Under the pieces are notes generated by a model. It ran no database searches, had not been told where the DNA came from, and saw nothing but the letters and a program-made list of their open reading frames with translations. Made by a program: the position numbers and the translations under genes. Below are positions 10,454-22,414 of a stretch of DNA of 64,000 nucleotides, in pieces. The first letter of the stretch is position 1; each line of letters starts with the position of its first letter. Source of the stretch: Neoechinorhynchus agilis (lineage: Eukaryota; Animalia; Acanthocephala); the NCBI GenBank assembly GCA_051530055.1, contig CM121341.1, positions 11,138,784 through 11,202,783 of the forward strand, in the 5' to 3' direction.

Positions 10454-13091
10454 ATGCCTTCGAAAATTGAGTATATTGAACCCGTTATGTTCCTCGCGGA
10501 ATTCGGACAAATCGCTTCCATGTTCATCACTCAGGTCGTTCTTCTTAAGAAGTCGTGCATTGTGTCCGCTAGTGAGTACTTTGTACATACCAATCATTTA
10601 CTTAATCGCTCACATGATGTTCAACTGAGTAAAGAGTCGACAGAAAACTTGACTCAGCTTCTTTTAAAGGTAGAATGTCGATTAACGGAAGGCTCATCGT
10701 CTTAGATTTATAAGTCATTTTTATAACCAATGGTCTCCTCTGGTGGCATTCACTACGGTTTTAATCATTGATATAAAATCCTAAGGGATAATCGCTATTT
10801 ATAATTGTGGTGAGCACACTCAGCCCAAACATGATATATTTTATTTATTACGAAATATTTCAAGAGGTAACCTCGACACATCAGTCATTGTTAAAGTTTT
10901 ATCCGTTGCGAGATTAGCTTGTGAAATATTTTAAGTGAAATGTATCATAATCGGGGAACTATGCTCACCACAATTCTAACTACGGTTTAAGTTTTTGAAA
11001 CTAAATTCTGATTGGTTAGCAATGCATGAATTATACGGACATGCGGTATCCGGCAATTTATCACTCGGCCATTAAAGCACTGAATTAAAATTAGCTTCAC
11101 TTAATTTTTAACTTTTAAAATGGCACGACACTAGTTTCGAAGCGGCTAAAGATTCCTAAGCCTCTTGAAAATTAAGAAGGTAGAAAAATAATTGGCAAAA
11201 GGACACTTCGTTTGCTTTAACCACGCGAAAAAGGTGAACAAACGCGATTGGTCGAATCTAAGATACTGGATTGTTCGTAATTGGTGATAAAATGCCAAAA
11301 CCTCGTTTTATCATCCTATTCTTTTTCTCAGAGTCTATCAACGTCCTACCAATAAAAAATGCTCGGCAATGGTGCAACTCACCTCAAAACGAAACCAAAC
11401 TGATTACTATAATGAGGGAAGATGCAGCGCGAAGAACAATAGTCGCCACAATACTCTATTCAGTTGTATCGATGGTATCTGTCAACCTATTTGGGTGGAT
11501 TGCAAAAACATACGGTGTTCGTCGGAGTCTTCTTGGGATCCTGATCGCTAACTGCATGGTCGACATTGTACGTTTCATGCTAGCAGTTATTCCATCCGCC
11601 GAAGTGGCCATCCAGGTATTACTTTTAATTAATGTCCTCGATGGAGCAACTGGTGGGTTTGTGACAATTAACGCTGCATGTGGCGCTTACCTGGGAATTT
11701 CACTTCGATGTGGCGAGACAAAGTTCGCATCAATGCCAGTATTCCGGTTCGGAATAATGGACGCCTTCTTTTTCCTCGCAATTGTTATGGGTCAAATAAC
11801 AGCAGGAGCTGCAGTCGACAAAATACTTTTTGAACGCTTCTTGGCAGCAGCATTTTCATCAACGACTGTTTCTGCCCTCTATGTGGCTTTTATTCTAAAA
11901 GACGATAAACAAATTAAAGGAAACAAAGTATCAATTGAATCAGTAGATACTTGTCGATCTCGAAAATTCTCGTTTAAAGAGTTTATTAATAACTTCAAAT
12001 GCATGTTCAGGTGTGGAGAACAATATCGGGACAATAAACACAAACAAAAACGACTCGCTCTAATCATTTATTTGTTTATTTATTCGCTAGCGACGCTTGC
12101 AAATTCAGGTAAATTTAAATTATATGCGATGGATATCGATTCGATTTTCAATTTTTTTTAGTTAATCACACAAGTATGTGAGGTAAAGATCGAGGAGATT
12201 CGAGTTTCGGGAACACCAGGGTCAAAATTGCAGTTCGAAAATAAGGACCCCTGATTATGAAAATTATATGCTAAAAATATTTGAGAAAAAGTATCAATAG
12301 AGATACATGATAGCGTGATTTTTTTTGAAATTAAATAGCACAATCAGCAAGTAATTAATGCATACTTTTTAGAAGCGAGATCGCATCTTACCTATTTGTA
12401 GAACTTTTAAGTGACCCAAATCTTACTTAGCGGAATCCTTGATTCTTACCATATTTGTATCTGCGTACCGGCAGTCTTGCATTTACCGATTTTGAATTCG
12501 CAATATTTTCATCGCTAAACCAAGGATTGAGCGGGTTCGGACTAGTTATAATATTACCTCTTCTCAAGAAGTTTTGCCACATGAGCAACATTTTTCTGTT
12601 CAATCTGAGCTTAGTACTAAAAATAGTTATGCTATTTATAACAGCGTTTGCAAAGAATAAAGTTTGGATATATTCAAGTAAGTTTTCATAAAATAACTGA
12701 AACTTTTAAAGCATAATGCCAAAAATGTGTTAAGCTCTAGCGCTGACCTCACTCAGTTCATTCGAAATACCAGCTATCAAATCTCAAATGTTGGGACTAG
12801 TAGAGAAATCCCATTTAGGTAATATTGTTTATTCTTCAATATCGCGATGACCAATGTATATAAATAGCGATCTTATTTGGTCTTCTTGGTTGCATTTACG
12901 GATTGTCTTATCTTATGAGTACAGCTGTGTTTCAACATATATACATTGCGAGTCTTCCAATATTTCCTGGACTGATATTCATCGTTGCAAGCTTCATTAT
13001 AGTCTTAACGTTTCCTCTCAGGTACGTTTTTATGCTTCAAATAAGATTGATGGACAAAGTTAAATTGATTTTAGTGCTCGTGTTCAATTAA
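10454..13091 (+). CDS. SLC46 (PCFT-like) MFS transporter, about 5 coding exons
   Basis: Proposed exons 10454-10571, 11332-12108, 12431-12677, 12741-12818 and 12868-about 13091 with GT-AG boundaries. Multiple hydrophobic helices and SLC46-like motifs (YIEPVMFL, GWIAKTYGVRR, LINVLDGATGG, RFGIMD, LFGLLG). An apparent +1 frameshift near 12447 is needed to join exon 3. Confidence 0.75.
10803..10975. mobile_element. MITE with AATTGTGGTGA terminal inverted repeats (in SLC46 intron 1)
   Basis: AATTGTGGTGAGCA at 10803 and TGCTCACCACAATT ending at 10975. Related termini at 6519-6566, 20394-20581, 21577-21785 and about 57410-57600. Confidence 0.7.
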
Positions 13092-13149
13092 TAAAATTTA
13101 CTAAAGAGACTGAACAGGGGACACAACCGTCAGCAAACGAACAGCGGTT

Positions 13150-15350
13150 CTAGAAAATCCTCGTGATTGGAGATGTAGGTAGAAAAGCCTTCTCTTCGAT
13201 AAAGCGTCGTCCGATGTGATTAATTTTTGCTTGTGTCGCAATTGTACTGCGAGCTTTGCTTTCAATCATGCCAAATAAATAAGGATTTTCTCTTAACATT
13301 GCTCCGTAAATGTCCGCAGTCTTCTTAATTTCCTGACTTAGAATATCGCCACCAATGTGCGATTGGACGAGTGTAGTTATGAGGCGATTTGAGCTAGCAT
13401 GAGAGAGCCTGGATAGGATTGAGAGTTGAGTAAGCATTGATGTGCATATCAGATGGAGACAATGGAGATCCGGATGAGAGTTGGAGTCACCGAAAAGACG
13501 CTCACTTGCAATCTCAAAAGCACTTCTTAGACATCTCAATGTGCTTTCCACTTCGTTCGAATAAGACCAAAGTTCACGAGGAAGGTGCTCCCAAATGTCG
13601 TACAAATACGCCAGAAACTCGATAAAGACGGAATCGAAATGCGACCACAGAGCAAACTGGATAAGTTTATTTTTAAAGCTCTACGCGCGAAAAGGGGAAA
13701 TAATGTTCGAAGGTAATTTTAACAGGATTTTCGAATTCGTCCTAATTTAATAATAAAACTATAATCGATCCAATCAGAGAGCGTGAAAGACGACTATGAA
13801 TTATTATTATTATTAAGGAAAGGTCTGACCAAATTAAAAATTAAGTATTTCACAAAATAGATGCCGATAAGCCTACAATAAAGAATCGAGTTTCCAGGTT
13901 AAACTTTTGTCAGTGTAGGGCTGTTGAAATACCTTGAAAGCCATTTCCTAGTTCGATTTTTTAATGTAAAGTCATAAAACCGTTTCTTTGGTTCTTCATG
14001 ACTGATCACAAGTCTCTTGAGCTCATTGATGGTCAGAATATGTAATGGCAGAGGTCCGAAACCAACTCGTGATAAAAGATCCACACTATGGCGTATCCAG
14101 TTTGATGCGCTGTGGTTCTTACTAACACTCCGTCGGCCTATTAGATCATCAAAAGTATTCAAGAGTTCCATAGACTTTTTTAGAGCATCGTAGGCCATAA
14201 TATTCAATTCTATGTTACATAGGGCATACTCGCTTCCCCAATTATCATCAGGATACCAGTTCCTGAAAAACGTGGACGTCTCTACCACATAAAATCTATT
14301 GATACTTTCCTTATACAATCGTTCATGATCAAGATGCATTGTGTCATTGAACAGTTCTGGTTTTTCCACGTCTAAATAATCCGGATCTTTTTCGGATTCT
14401 TTTATTTGAGTTTCATTTCTCATAATGTTTATAATTTCATTTAGAAGAGATCTGCTTAGTCCACAACAAAATGGGAGAATGTGCTTGTAAGTGTGATCGG
14501 TCAATAGACGAGTCAAAAAAGCCACATACTCAGCCGATGAAGCAGAATTTGCTTTCACGTGAATTCGAGGAATCACTGCGTTAAATTCAAGACTATAAAG
14601 CTTTACAATGTCATCTCCATAGGTCTCATTTCGTACAACGTCACTCAAGTCAACGACGGCAAGGTCGAGATGGTTCGAATCATGACAATTCTTGGCAACC
14701 ACTAATACCTCTCTCGTACGTCCATCTACCAAACAAATATTATCTTTTTTCCCGTAAAGTTTACCATCGTCTTTTATCACAGTTTTGATCGATTGAAAAT
14801 CGATTCCTGAATTTATTTCGCTACACGCAAAACCAATAGACAATGGCTCCTTTGGAAGTCGCGCTATTACGTCGGCAATCTCAACACAGGCTTCGATTCC
14901 TGGCCAATATTTAAGGCAACGGTGTACCCATTCATCGTGAGTTATCAAATTGATTAAAAGTCCAGGAAGGTACGATAGTTCCTCGATTAATACTGGTTCT
15001 GTCCAAAGTGAACAATCTGCGTCGTTTTGACTAAAAAGGTGCCAACTATTGATTGCTCGATCATAGATTTCATCAGACACCGGCAAATACTCGCCTTTAG
15101 TAAATCTCCTTACACTATAATGAAGAATCTGAAGAGAAAACGATAGATCCTTCATTGTAGATATTTTTCCACAAATCGACGGCACGTCCTTACGACGGGA
15201 CAATCTTAACTGCGGCAATAGATTTTGACCTTCCTTTAATTTCTTACCAAGGCAAAAAGTAACGAGTAAACTGTCTGGTCCTTTTGCGGCCAAGGATGAC
15301 GTCGAAATCGACCTCGTAATCAGATATCTCACATAACTCGCAAGGAGCAT
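13150..15350 (-). CDS. Uncharacterised protein with mitochondrial-type presequence; probably two exons (15350-13905 and 13656-13150, about 650 aa)
   Basis: 483-aa ORF begins MLLASYVRYLITRSISTSS (Arg/Ser-rich, no acidic residues). The downstream 151-aa ORF has no early ATG but is open back to a CAG acceptor at 13657. A phase-0 GT at 13904 joins the two in frame. Confidence 0.65.
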
Positions 15351-16012
15351 TCTAAAGTTTAAAACTCACATATTGCGCATCGATATGAGAGTTAAGATAC
15401 AATGCGCCGCCCCTAAGGCATTCATACGAGTCGCCTTGTTCTTAATGGTAAAATATTGTTTTCCGAAATTCCAAGACTGATAAATACGTCACTTTCCACG
15501 AAAGAATCACTTAAAGCAGTTTGCAGTACGGCAAAATATGAGAAAATCACAAGGTTGTAAATCGACATTGGCCTTACTATTTAACGAAATAAGGAGGCTG
15601 CATTCTCTTTTGATTGAAAATTTAAGAATTGACGACAATGACAAAGCGAGAGGGCTAGGATAATATTGATTTATTACTCTTAATATATCGACGCGAAACA
15701 ACCTGAAGAATTCTGACTACATAGACAAAATATTGAAAATAATAAATCAATATCTATTTTTCTTATCATCAAAAAATACATTGATAATATTTGCTTCCGT
15801 CAATGCTTACAGCGCTTACTTGAATTTTCTTTTACGGCAAAAGCTCGGAAATAAAGATTTTTCTTTTTGTCATTACAGCGGCCTATTGACAAGGGTTAAT
15901 TTTCGAAAACAAAACTTGATCATTGTGAAGTTTTAATTCCAAAGATAGTTTTTGATCAGGTGAAATACAGAAAAATGATTTAATTTAATATTTTGTCCTC
16001 TACGCGTGGGAA

Positions 16013-16105
16013 TGCTGAATTTAATTGTCGTCCAGTTAAAATCAATGGAGAACATAATTTGCCAACGAATGAGCCAATTGAAGCAGACTTTCCTGGTGTA
16101 AATCT
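16013..16105 (+). repeat. Left arm of a roughly 93-bp inverted repeat flanking the CRE element
   Basis: TGCTGAATTTAATTGTCGTCCAGTTAAAAT...GCCAACGAATGAGCC...ACTTTCCT matches the reverse complement of 18478-18570 at roughly 80% by eye. Confidence 0.8.
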
Positions 16106-16201
16106 AACTGTTTTGTTATGGCGGAAAATTGAAATAATTTATTACATTGTAATTTATCAAAGTTATCGTCGAGGATAAGCAAAAACTTACAAACAATCCG
16201 C

Positions 16202-18400
16202 ATGTCAACGATTTCACCGCGGTCCCCTCGCTCCATTCGGAACTTAACCATCTCACCAAACCACGATTCGCCGCATGTCGCACAGCCCATTCCTGACGCT
16301 GCTGACGCAGGCCCCCTCAACGCGCCACCTGTTGATCACGCGGATCACGAAAGGACCGACGCTGCAAATTCACAAAATCAACTTTGGTCCGAACAACCTG
16401 TTGAGAACAAGCAGCAAACGGAAATTTCAAGTGCTCTGAGAGGTGAGGCCAATGCTGCCCGAGATCCGAAGGTCTTAACACATAATTGCCCGTTCTGTGA
16501 CAAGCAGATCAAAATTACGAAAGGGGAGAATTTTGGACTCACGGCTCAAGGGATTCCCGATGTGTTGGTTCCGGCCTTATGCTAGCATACCCAGCTCCTC
16601 AGCTCAATGAACCTCGTCAGAACATAGCCCCTTCGTTGCTGGAGATCGTACGCTGCCCAGAAACATCCTGCAACTGTCTCGAGACAAATACCGAGATATC
16701 TTGGGCACGCCTTTTCGCATTCCCGAGACTGGTACTTTGTGCTAGAGTACCATCTGACGAGTCCCTTGCTACCCTCATCAAAAACCGGATGTCCTTCGAC
16801 AATTCGTTTGGAGAGGTCATACGCAAAGCTCGCGTTTTAGGGGAGATTTTTCACAGCCACCGAATCAGAGCCGAGTTTCAACCCGTTCAATGATCCAGAG
16901 AATGTCTTCTAAACTCGTCGATGACGAGGCGCGGTTCGCATTCTATCATCCACCAACGAATTCGCAAGAGATGATACGAAAACTCTCCAACTTCTCAGAG
17001 AGAAACATCCTTGACCCACTGGTCATTTAGAATATTCGGAGATGATCCCTTCGGGCACCCCGTTAGAATTTTCGCTTGATGCTATTAAGATAGCCGTTTC
17101 TTCTTTCGCAAATGGGTCAGCACATGCGCACATGCGCTCGACGGACTTCGGCCTCAGCAACTAAAGGACATGATGTCCTTCTCCGTAGGTGATCAATCCC
17201 ATGTTCTCCTGAACGACTTGACTCTGTTAGTCGACGTTTTCTCTGGAGGCAACCTGTTCTCTAAAGCGATCGAATTGTTTTTTGGCGCTTCCCTCTGCGT
17301 TTTAGAAAAGAAGGACGGTGGGATTCGTCCCATCGCGATTGGCTGTACATTGAGACGACTAGCAGGGAAAGTGATTTCTAGGCGAGTCTCAGAAGGTGTT
17401 GCTGAAATTTTTCGTCCAGTTCAACTAGGTTGCTGCACACCTTGCGGGGCGGAAGCCATAGTCCACGCACTCCGTACATTTGTTATTGAGAACGTCAAAC
17501 CGTGTGATCCTGAAATTAGATTTCCGGAACGCCTTCAATTCGGTTAATCTCGACTCGCCCTTAAAGGCTGTCAGAGATCACGCACCGGATGCTTACGGGT
17601 ATTTTAGAAATTCGTAGGGAGCTGCAACTCTTCTTGTATTCAACGATCACATCATTCCTTCCGAAAGAGGCGTTCAACAGGGAGACCCATTAGGTCCCAT
17701 TGGTTTCGCGCTCACTGTGAACAAATTAGCGCATTCTCTTGATGCAGAATTCAATGCTTGGTACCTAGATGATGCTGCGCTGGGAGGCAATCCCCAGGTA
17801 GTTCTTCGTAACCTGGAGAAAATCAAGATAATGACAAGCAAAATGGGCATTGAATTGAACACAGAAAAGTGCAAAATTCAATTCCGTAACATAGAGAGAG
17901 GCCCTGCAAAAGACGTAATAAAGCGCCACTTTGAAAATGTTGCACCCAGGATAGAAATGATCGACCTAGACCGGCTTAAGCTTTTGGGCAGTTGCGTCTT
18001 TGATGGGAATATAGAACACGAAATTAACTGCCTTCTAAAGAAATTATCGATGCCAGCAATCTTAAGTTCTCGGTGGTTCAAGCTGGAAATGCAGCAAGCG
18101 CGGCGGAAGGACGGAAAACGGCGAAATACCTCGATTTAGCCCGGGCCATGTGTTTGTGCCTTTTGGGATTGAGACCTACGGATTTCTTGGTAGCGAGGCT
18201 CTTCAACTCCTGAGGGATCTGAAGCGACGCCTTCAGGTTATAAACGGTGATGCAATGTCAGGTCAATACCTGGTTCAAAATATAAGCATCGCCGTGTTGA
18301 GGGGCAACATTGCAATCATACGGGCGCAATTGAGGACAAGGACGGCGAATAATTGTTTATATCTTCAAAATAAAACCTATGATTGTAAAAAAATTATCAA
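16202..18400 (+). mobile_element. Degenerate CRE-clade non-LTR retrotransposon (RT plus RLE remnant)
   Basis: RT motifs across frames: LFFGASLCVLEKKDGGIRPIAIGCTLRRLAGK, QLG...GAEAIVH, GVQQGDPLGP, WYLDD. C-terminal FVPFGIETYG...QNISIAVLRGN. Frameshifts, stops and an internal deletion near 18046. Confidence 0.85.
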
Positions 18401-18477
18401 ATTAAAATTAAATCATTATTTCTCCTGACTGGGGTTATCACAAAACTTAGAAGCAAATTTCATGCCTAGATTTGTGA

Positions 18478-18570
18478 AAGATTTCCACTAGGAAAGTTTG
18501 ATTCAATGGGCTCATTCGTTGGCAAAAATGTTGTTCATTCATTTTAACTGGTCGACAATTAAGTTCAGCA
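18478..18570 (-). repeat. Right arm of the inverted repeat flanking the CRE element
   Basis: Reverse complement of 16013-16105. Confidence 0.8.
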
Positions 18571-18713
18571 ATTCGCGGAAAGAAAAAGTACGAAAGTATT
18601 ATTAATAGCCAATAAGAATCGGCGATATACGCTTGACAATACATCATTCAATTTTAGTCAATCCCTTTCTTGTCCGGCTTATTTATTTAGGCATTAAACA
18701 TTTTTTTATTTTG

Positions 18714-19160
18714 TAAAGATGTTTATCATTTACTTTTTTATAGCGAATTATAATAATTGATTGATTGATTGATTGATTGATTTGATAATTTTCGGCCTTC
18801 GCGTAGGCCTTCTTCAGTCTATCTAAAATGCACCCAAGAGGCGCTCAATTTCGTTTACCCGGTGGTATTTGCAAATTACTGATGTGAGTTCGGCAATTGT
18901 GTCCTGTATTATGAGCAGTGGGCACCGGATTAATTTTGATGGTACTACGATTCTTGCGCGGAGTGATGTTAGGAGCGACAGGGTGACAATGGAGGCCATC
19001 ATGACAAAAAACGGATACGTTTGCGGCAATTAAGCGGATTACACACTCAATCTGCGGATACCACCGGATGAACGAAATTGAGTGCTTCTTGGGTGCATTT
19101 TAGGTAGACTGAAGAAGGCTTACTCGATGGCCGAAAATTATCAAATCAATCAATTATTAT
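18714..19160. mobile_element. Foldback element with arms of about 110-130 bp and a (GATT)n tract
   Basis: GATAATTTTCGGCC...TTCTTCAGTCTATCTAAAATGCACCCAAGA...CTCAATTTCGTT at about 18783-18880 is inverted at about 19055-19145. Shares AATTTTCGGCCTT...GGCCTTCTTCAGTC with the insert at 33813-34006. Confidence 0.75.
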
Positions 19161-19182
19161 AATGTTGAAAATAAAATCCATA

Positions 19183-19324
19183 TGTTTGAGATATGGGAAT
19201 TTGAAGAGCTTTGTTTACTAGAAATTTTTCTTCGGAAACAAATTGCTGAAGAAGATCCTAGTGTGGATCGAAATATTCAATTCAATAAATTAATTCTTTA
19301 CTTCAAATTCCCATATCTCAAACA
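19183..19324. mobile_element. MITE with 24-bp perfect TIRs
   Basis: TGTTTGAGATATGGGAATTTGAAG ... CTTCAAATTCCCATATCTCAAACA. Confidence 0.65.
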
Positions 19325-19817
19325 ATTATTATAATTTTTTATTTCTCAGATCACGCGAAAAGGTAGAATTTTTTCGAACACAATACAAAAAAGTACGCTT
19401 TAATATAAGAAAATCGAGTTAAAAGATTTATTTAAAGCAAGAAAATAGTTTTCGAGTGTGAAATTCGGCGAAAAAGCGATAAATAATGTGGTTAATATCC
19501 ACACACAAAAAACATGACAAATTATGAATTTATTAACAGGTGCTAAATTAGCGTTATTGAACTGAAAAATGACTATGCGAAAGTTTTCGTTTCTAGCTAG
19601 GACGTTATTCTGTCTATTTTGCGCTCATAGTCCCAATTTCCACTAGAATCATTATTTAGCTTCGAAATCTTACGGTATGTGCAAACGTGCCACCATCAAT
19701 GATTCGCCTGTTAAAAATTAAACACTGTGCCTTTTGTTCTCGCGGTTTTCATACTCGTTTCTTCCGTGGTAAATCCACCGCTCTTCTTTTTTTCGTAAAA
19801 AATAGTATTTTTGTCGA

Positions 19818-22414
19818 ATGCAGTCTATTCGAGAACTTGTGCGATCCATTCCTCCAATAACGCGAACATGGCTGTTTGGATCATTGTCACTCACTATTAT
19901 GGCACGAGCTGGTCTTGTGCGTTCAGATAGTCTGATTATCCTGACCACCAAAGCTTACAAATTTCAATGGCCTGAAATCTGGCGATTGGTGACGTCAGTC
20001 TTGCTCTTTCCAGCGAAATTGCAATACATTACACGCTTGAAGGGTTGCAGATCCTGGGGCGCTTATGAATACTTTTGCTACCCTTAGCAAATGCTCCTCT
20101 TTTTTCTCTATACCCAATGCAATCAATTAGAGCTGAAGGAATTTTCTAACTCTAGGCCGGATTTTGCCTACTGTATTACCATTTGCTGGCTCGTCAATGT
20201 TGCCATCGGTGTAGTGTTTCCTTATCCGGTAAGATTTTGTTTCGTAAGGTGCCAATGAAAATGTCCGTTTATCGGGAATTTATGATTCTAGGATCTTTTT
20301 TGTACTAAAAAGTCTTAGGCGAACGACGATCAGCCATTTTACTTTTTTGTTGTTATCGTAATCAAACTTTAAATATCCTTCGGGATGATAAAGTTAGAAT
20401 TGTGGTGAAGATACTTCTCCTCCCCGGTTAAGAGGTATTTCATTTTACACTAACTTAAGTCGTAAAAACGTTTAATCAATCACCCGGATGAGACGAGGCT
20501 TCCAATTTCGAAATATTTCTAGATTCAATAAAATACCGCTTATCCGGAGGTGGAGCGAGCGTATATTCACCACAATTCTAACCAAATATTAAAATCACCA
20601 GCATTGTTGCATAGAAATCTTTTTTCAATGCTAGGCTCGTGTTCAATGTTTTTAAATCGTTATTAATCTAGAAATCGGTCACACTAATCCCGAATGAAGC
20701 ATATTTTATTCAATTAAGAAATATTTCGTAAAAGGTAGCTTTATCTAAGCTTTTTTGTAAAGAATGACCCGGATGAGGCGAGGCTTCCACTTTCGAAATA
20801 TTTCTAAATTCAATAAAATATATCATCCCGAATTATTTTCATTTGATGCCCTCATTTTCTGTTAAGTTGAACATTTCATTAAGCCGGTATTCATAAGGTA
20901 TTGGCGATTTTTATGTGCTGTTTTTTTGCTCAGTTTGTCTGTGTACAATTGTTCAACTTTTGCAATGTCGAGATGAAATTTTTCACTATTATGCCGTTGT
21001 TTAATACGCATAAAGCCATTTTGACTTATGGTGAAGATAATCCCGGTTAAAAATCATTTTATTATTAGGAAATATTTCGGAAGAGGAAACCTCGCCTTAT
21101 CAATCATCTAAAAAAACGTTTTTGGTTATGGTTCGTTTTTATGTTTTGTCTAGTTGGCTCGGGTTGACAGATTCGCCACTTCCAACAAGGTTCGGGGACC
21201 GTGTTCCCTGCTCGTAAACCCTGCACTGTATCGTGTGTGTGTTCTATTGATTTTAACTTCGTCACTGGCAGGTAGTTTTACGCTAAAATTCGCCTTATTG
21301 CCCTTCATTTTATTGGGATAAGGCGAGGTTTCCTCTTTCGAAATAGTTCTAAATTCAATAAAATGATTTTTAAAAGGGGCGAGTAGAGTTGAGAGGTATT
21401 TTGATTGTCTGTGGAAAATCTTATGTAAGTATTTGGCGGGTAGTGGAAATGATCAAATTCTCCCTACGGATAAAAAATCTCTAGATATTTCGTGGCTTAG
21501 ATGATCGATGAGGCCTCCCTCTCTCGAAACATCTCAATGGAAATATTTTCTATCAGGAGGGTAGATTATGATAACCATATCGAGAGAAAATCCATCGGGA
21601 TGATAAATTTTAACGTGTGGTGAACATAATCCCGCTCACATAATTAAAAACTTACAAGCAATAATTGATAAGCCGAGCTTTCCTCTCTTTCCAAACTATT
21701 ACAAAACAATAAAATGATTTTTAACCTGGCGAGTATATCCACCACAAGTCAAAATTTACCATCCCGATGGATTTTCTCTCGATATAATAAAGCCATTATA
21801 GGTTTTATGAATTCCCTAAAACGAATTTAGTTCATAAACTGGCACCTTTTCATATCCACATTCATTAATCGAAACGTTATAAAAGTAGCTCCTTTTTGAA
21901 CAAATGCTTTCAAGTATGATCTACGTTTGCAGTCAAAAGAATCGCAATGCTGAAGTAAGTTTTTTATTCGGAATGAGGGTCAAAGCTGTTTATTTACCAT
22001 GGTTAATGACTGGTTTCAATTGGTTCGCGCACGGAAAGTAAGTCTAGTATGAAAAAACGAAGACTTCGAAAAACATTTAGTTTTCTTCCTTACTTATCTG
22101 GAATCTTGGCTGGACACGTCTATCACTATTTCGCCAATATATATCCGGTCAATAATCCAGGACGTCAACCACTTAAAACCCCACAACGATTGTAAGTGTG
22201 ATTGCATCATTAAAGGCGGCAGAAAACGATTTGGTTACATTCCGAGTTTAGTGCTGATTTCATTGAGACTTTGGTTCCAACAAATACACAACGAGCGCCT
22301 TTTGTGAGGTTAAATAATCAACGGCAGCATCTACGACCAGCAAGAAGCGGGCCTCAAACTCGTCAGGCAACGTTTAGGCCATTCTCAGGCGTAGGACATC
22401 GTCTGGATGATTGA
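19818..22414 (+). CDS. DERL1: Derlin-1, 5 coding exons
   Basis: RSIPPITRTW, EIWRLVT..FP, FFLYTQCNQLE...RPDF (20088-20228), exon 21889-22037 (VSFLFGMRVKAVYLPW), exon 22081-22191 (GILAGHVYHYF...KTPQ) and last exon 22252-22414 ending in the SHP-box-like FSGVGHRLDD*. The first intron boundary is unresolved. Confidence 0.9.
20394..21785. mobile_element. Cluster of nested or related MITE-foldback elements in the large Derlin intron
   Basis: TIR pairs at 20394-20581 (TTAGAATTGTGGTGAA), about 21020-21390 (GAGGAAACCTCGCCTTATC / GATAAGGCGAGGTTTCCTC) and 21577-21785 (ATATCGAGAGAAAATCCATCGGGATG). Confidence 0.75.
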
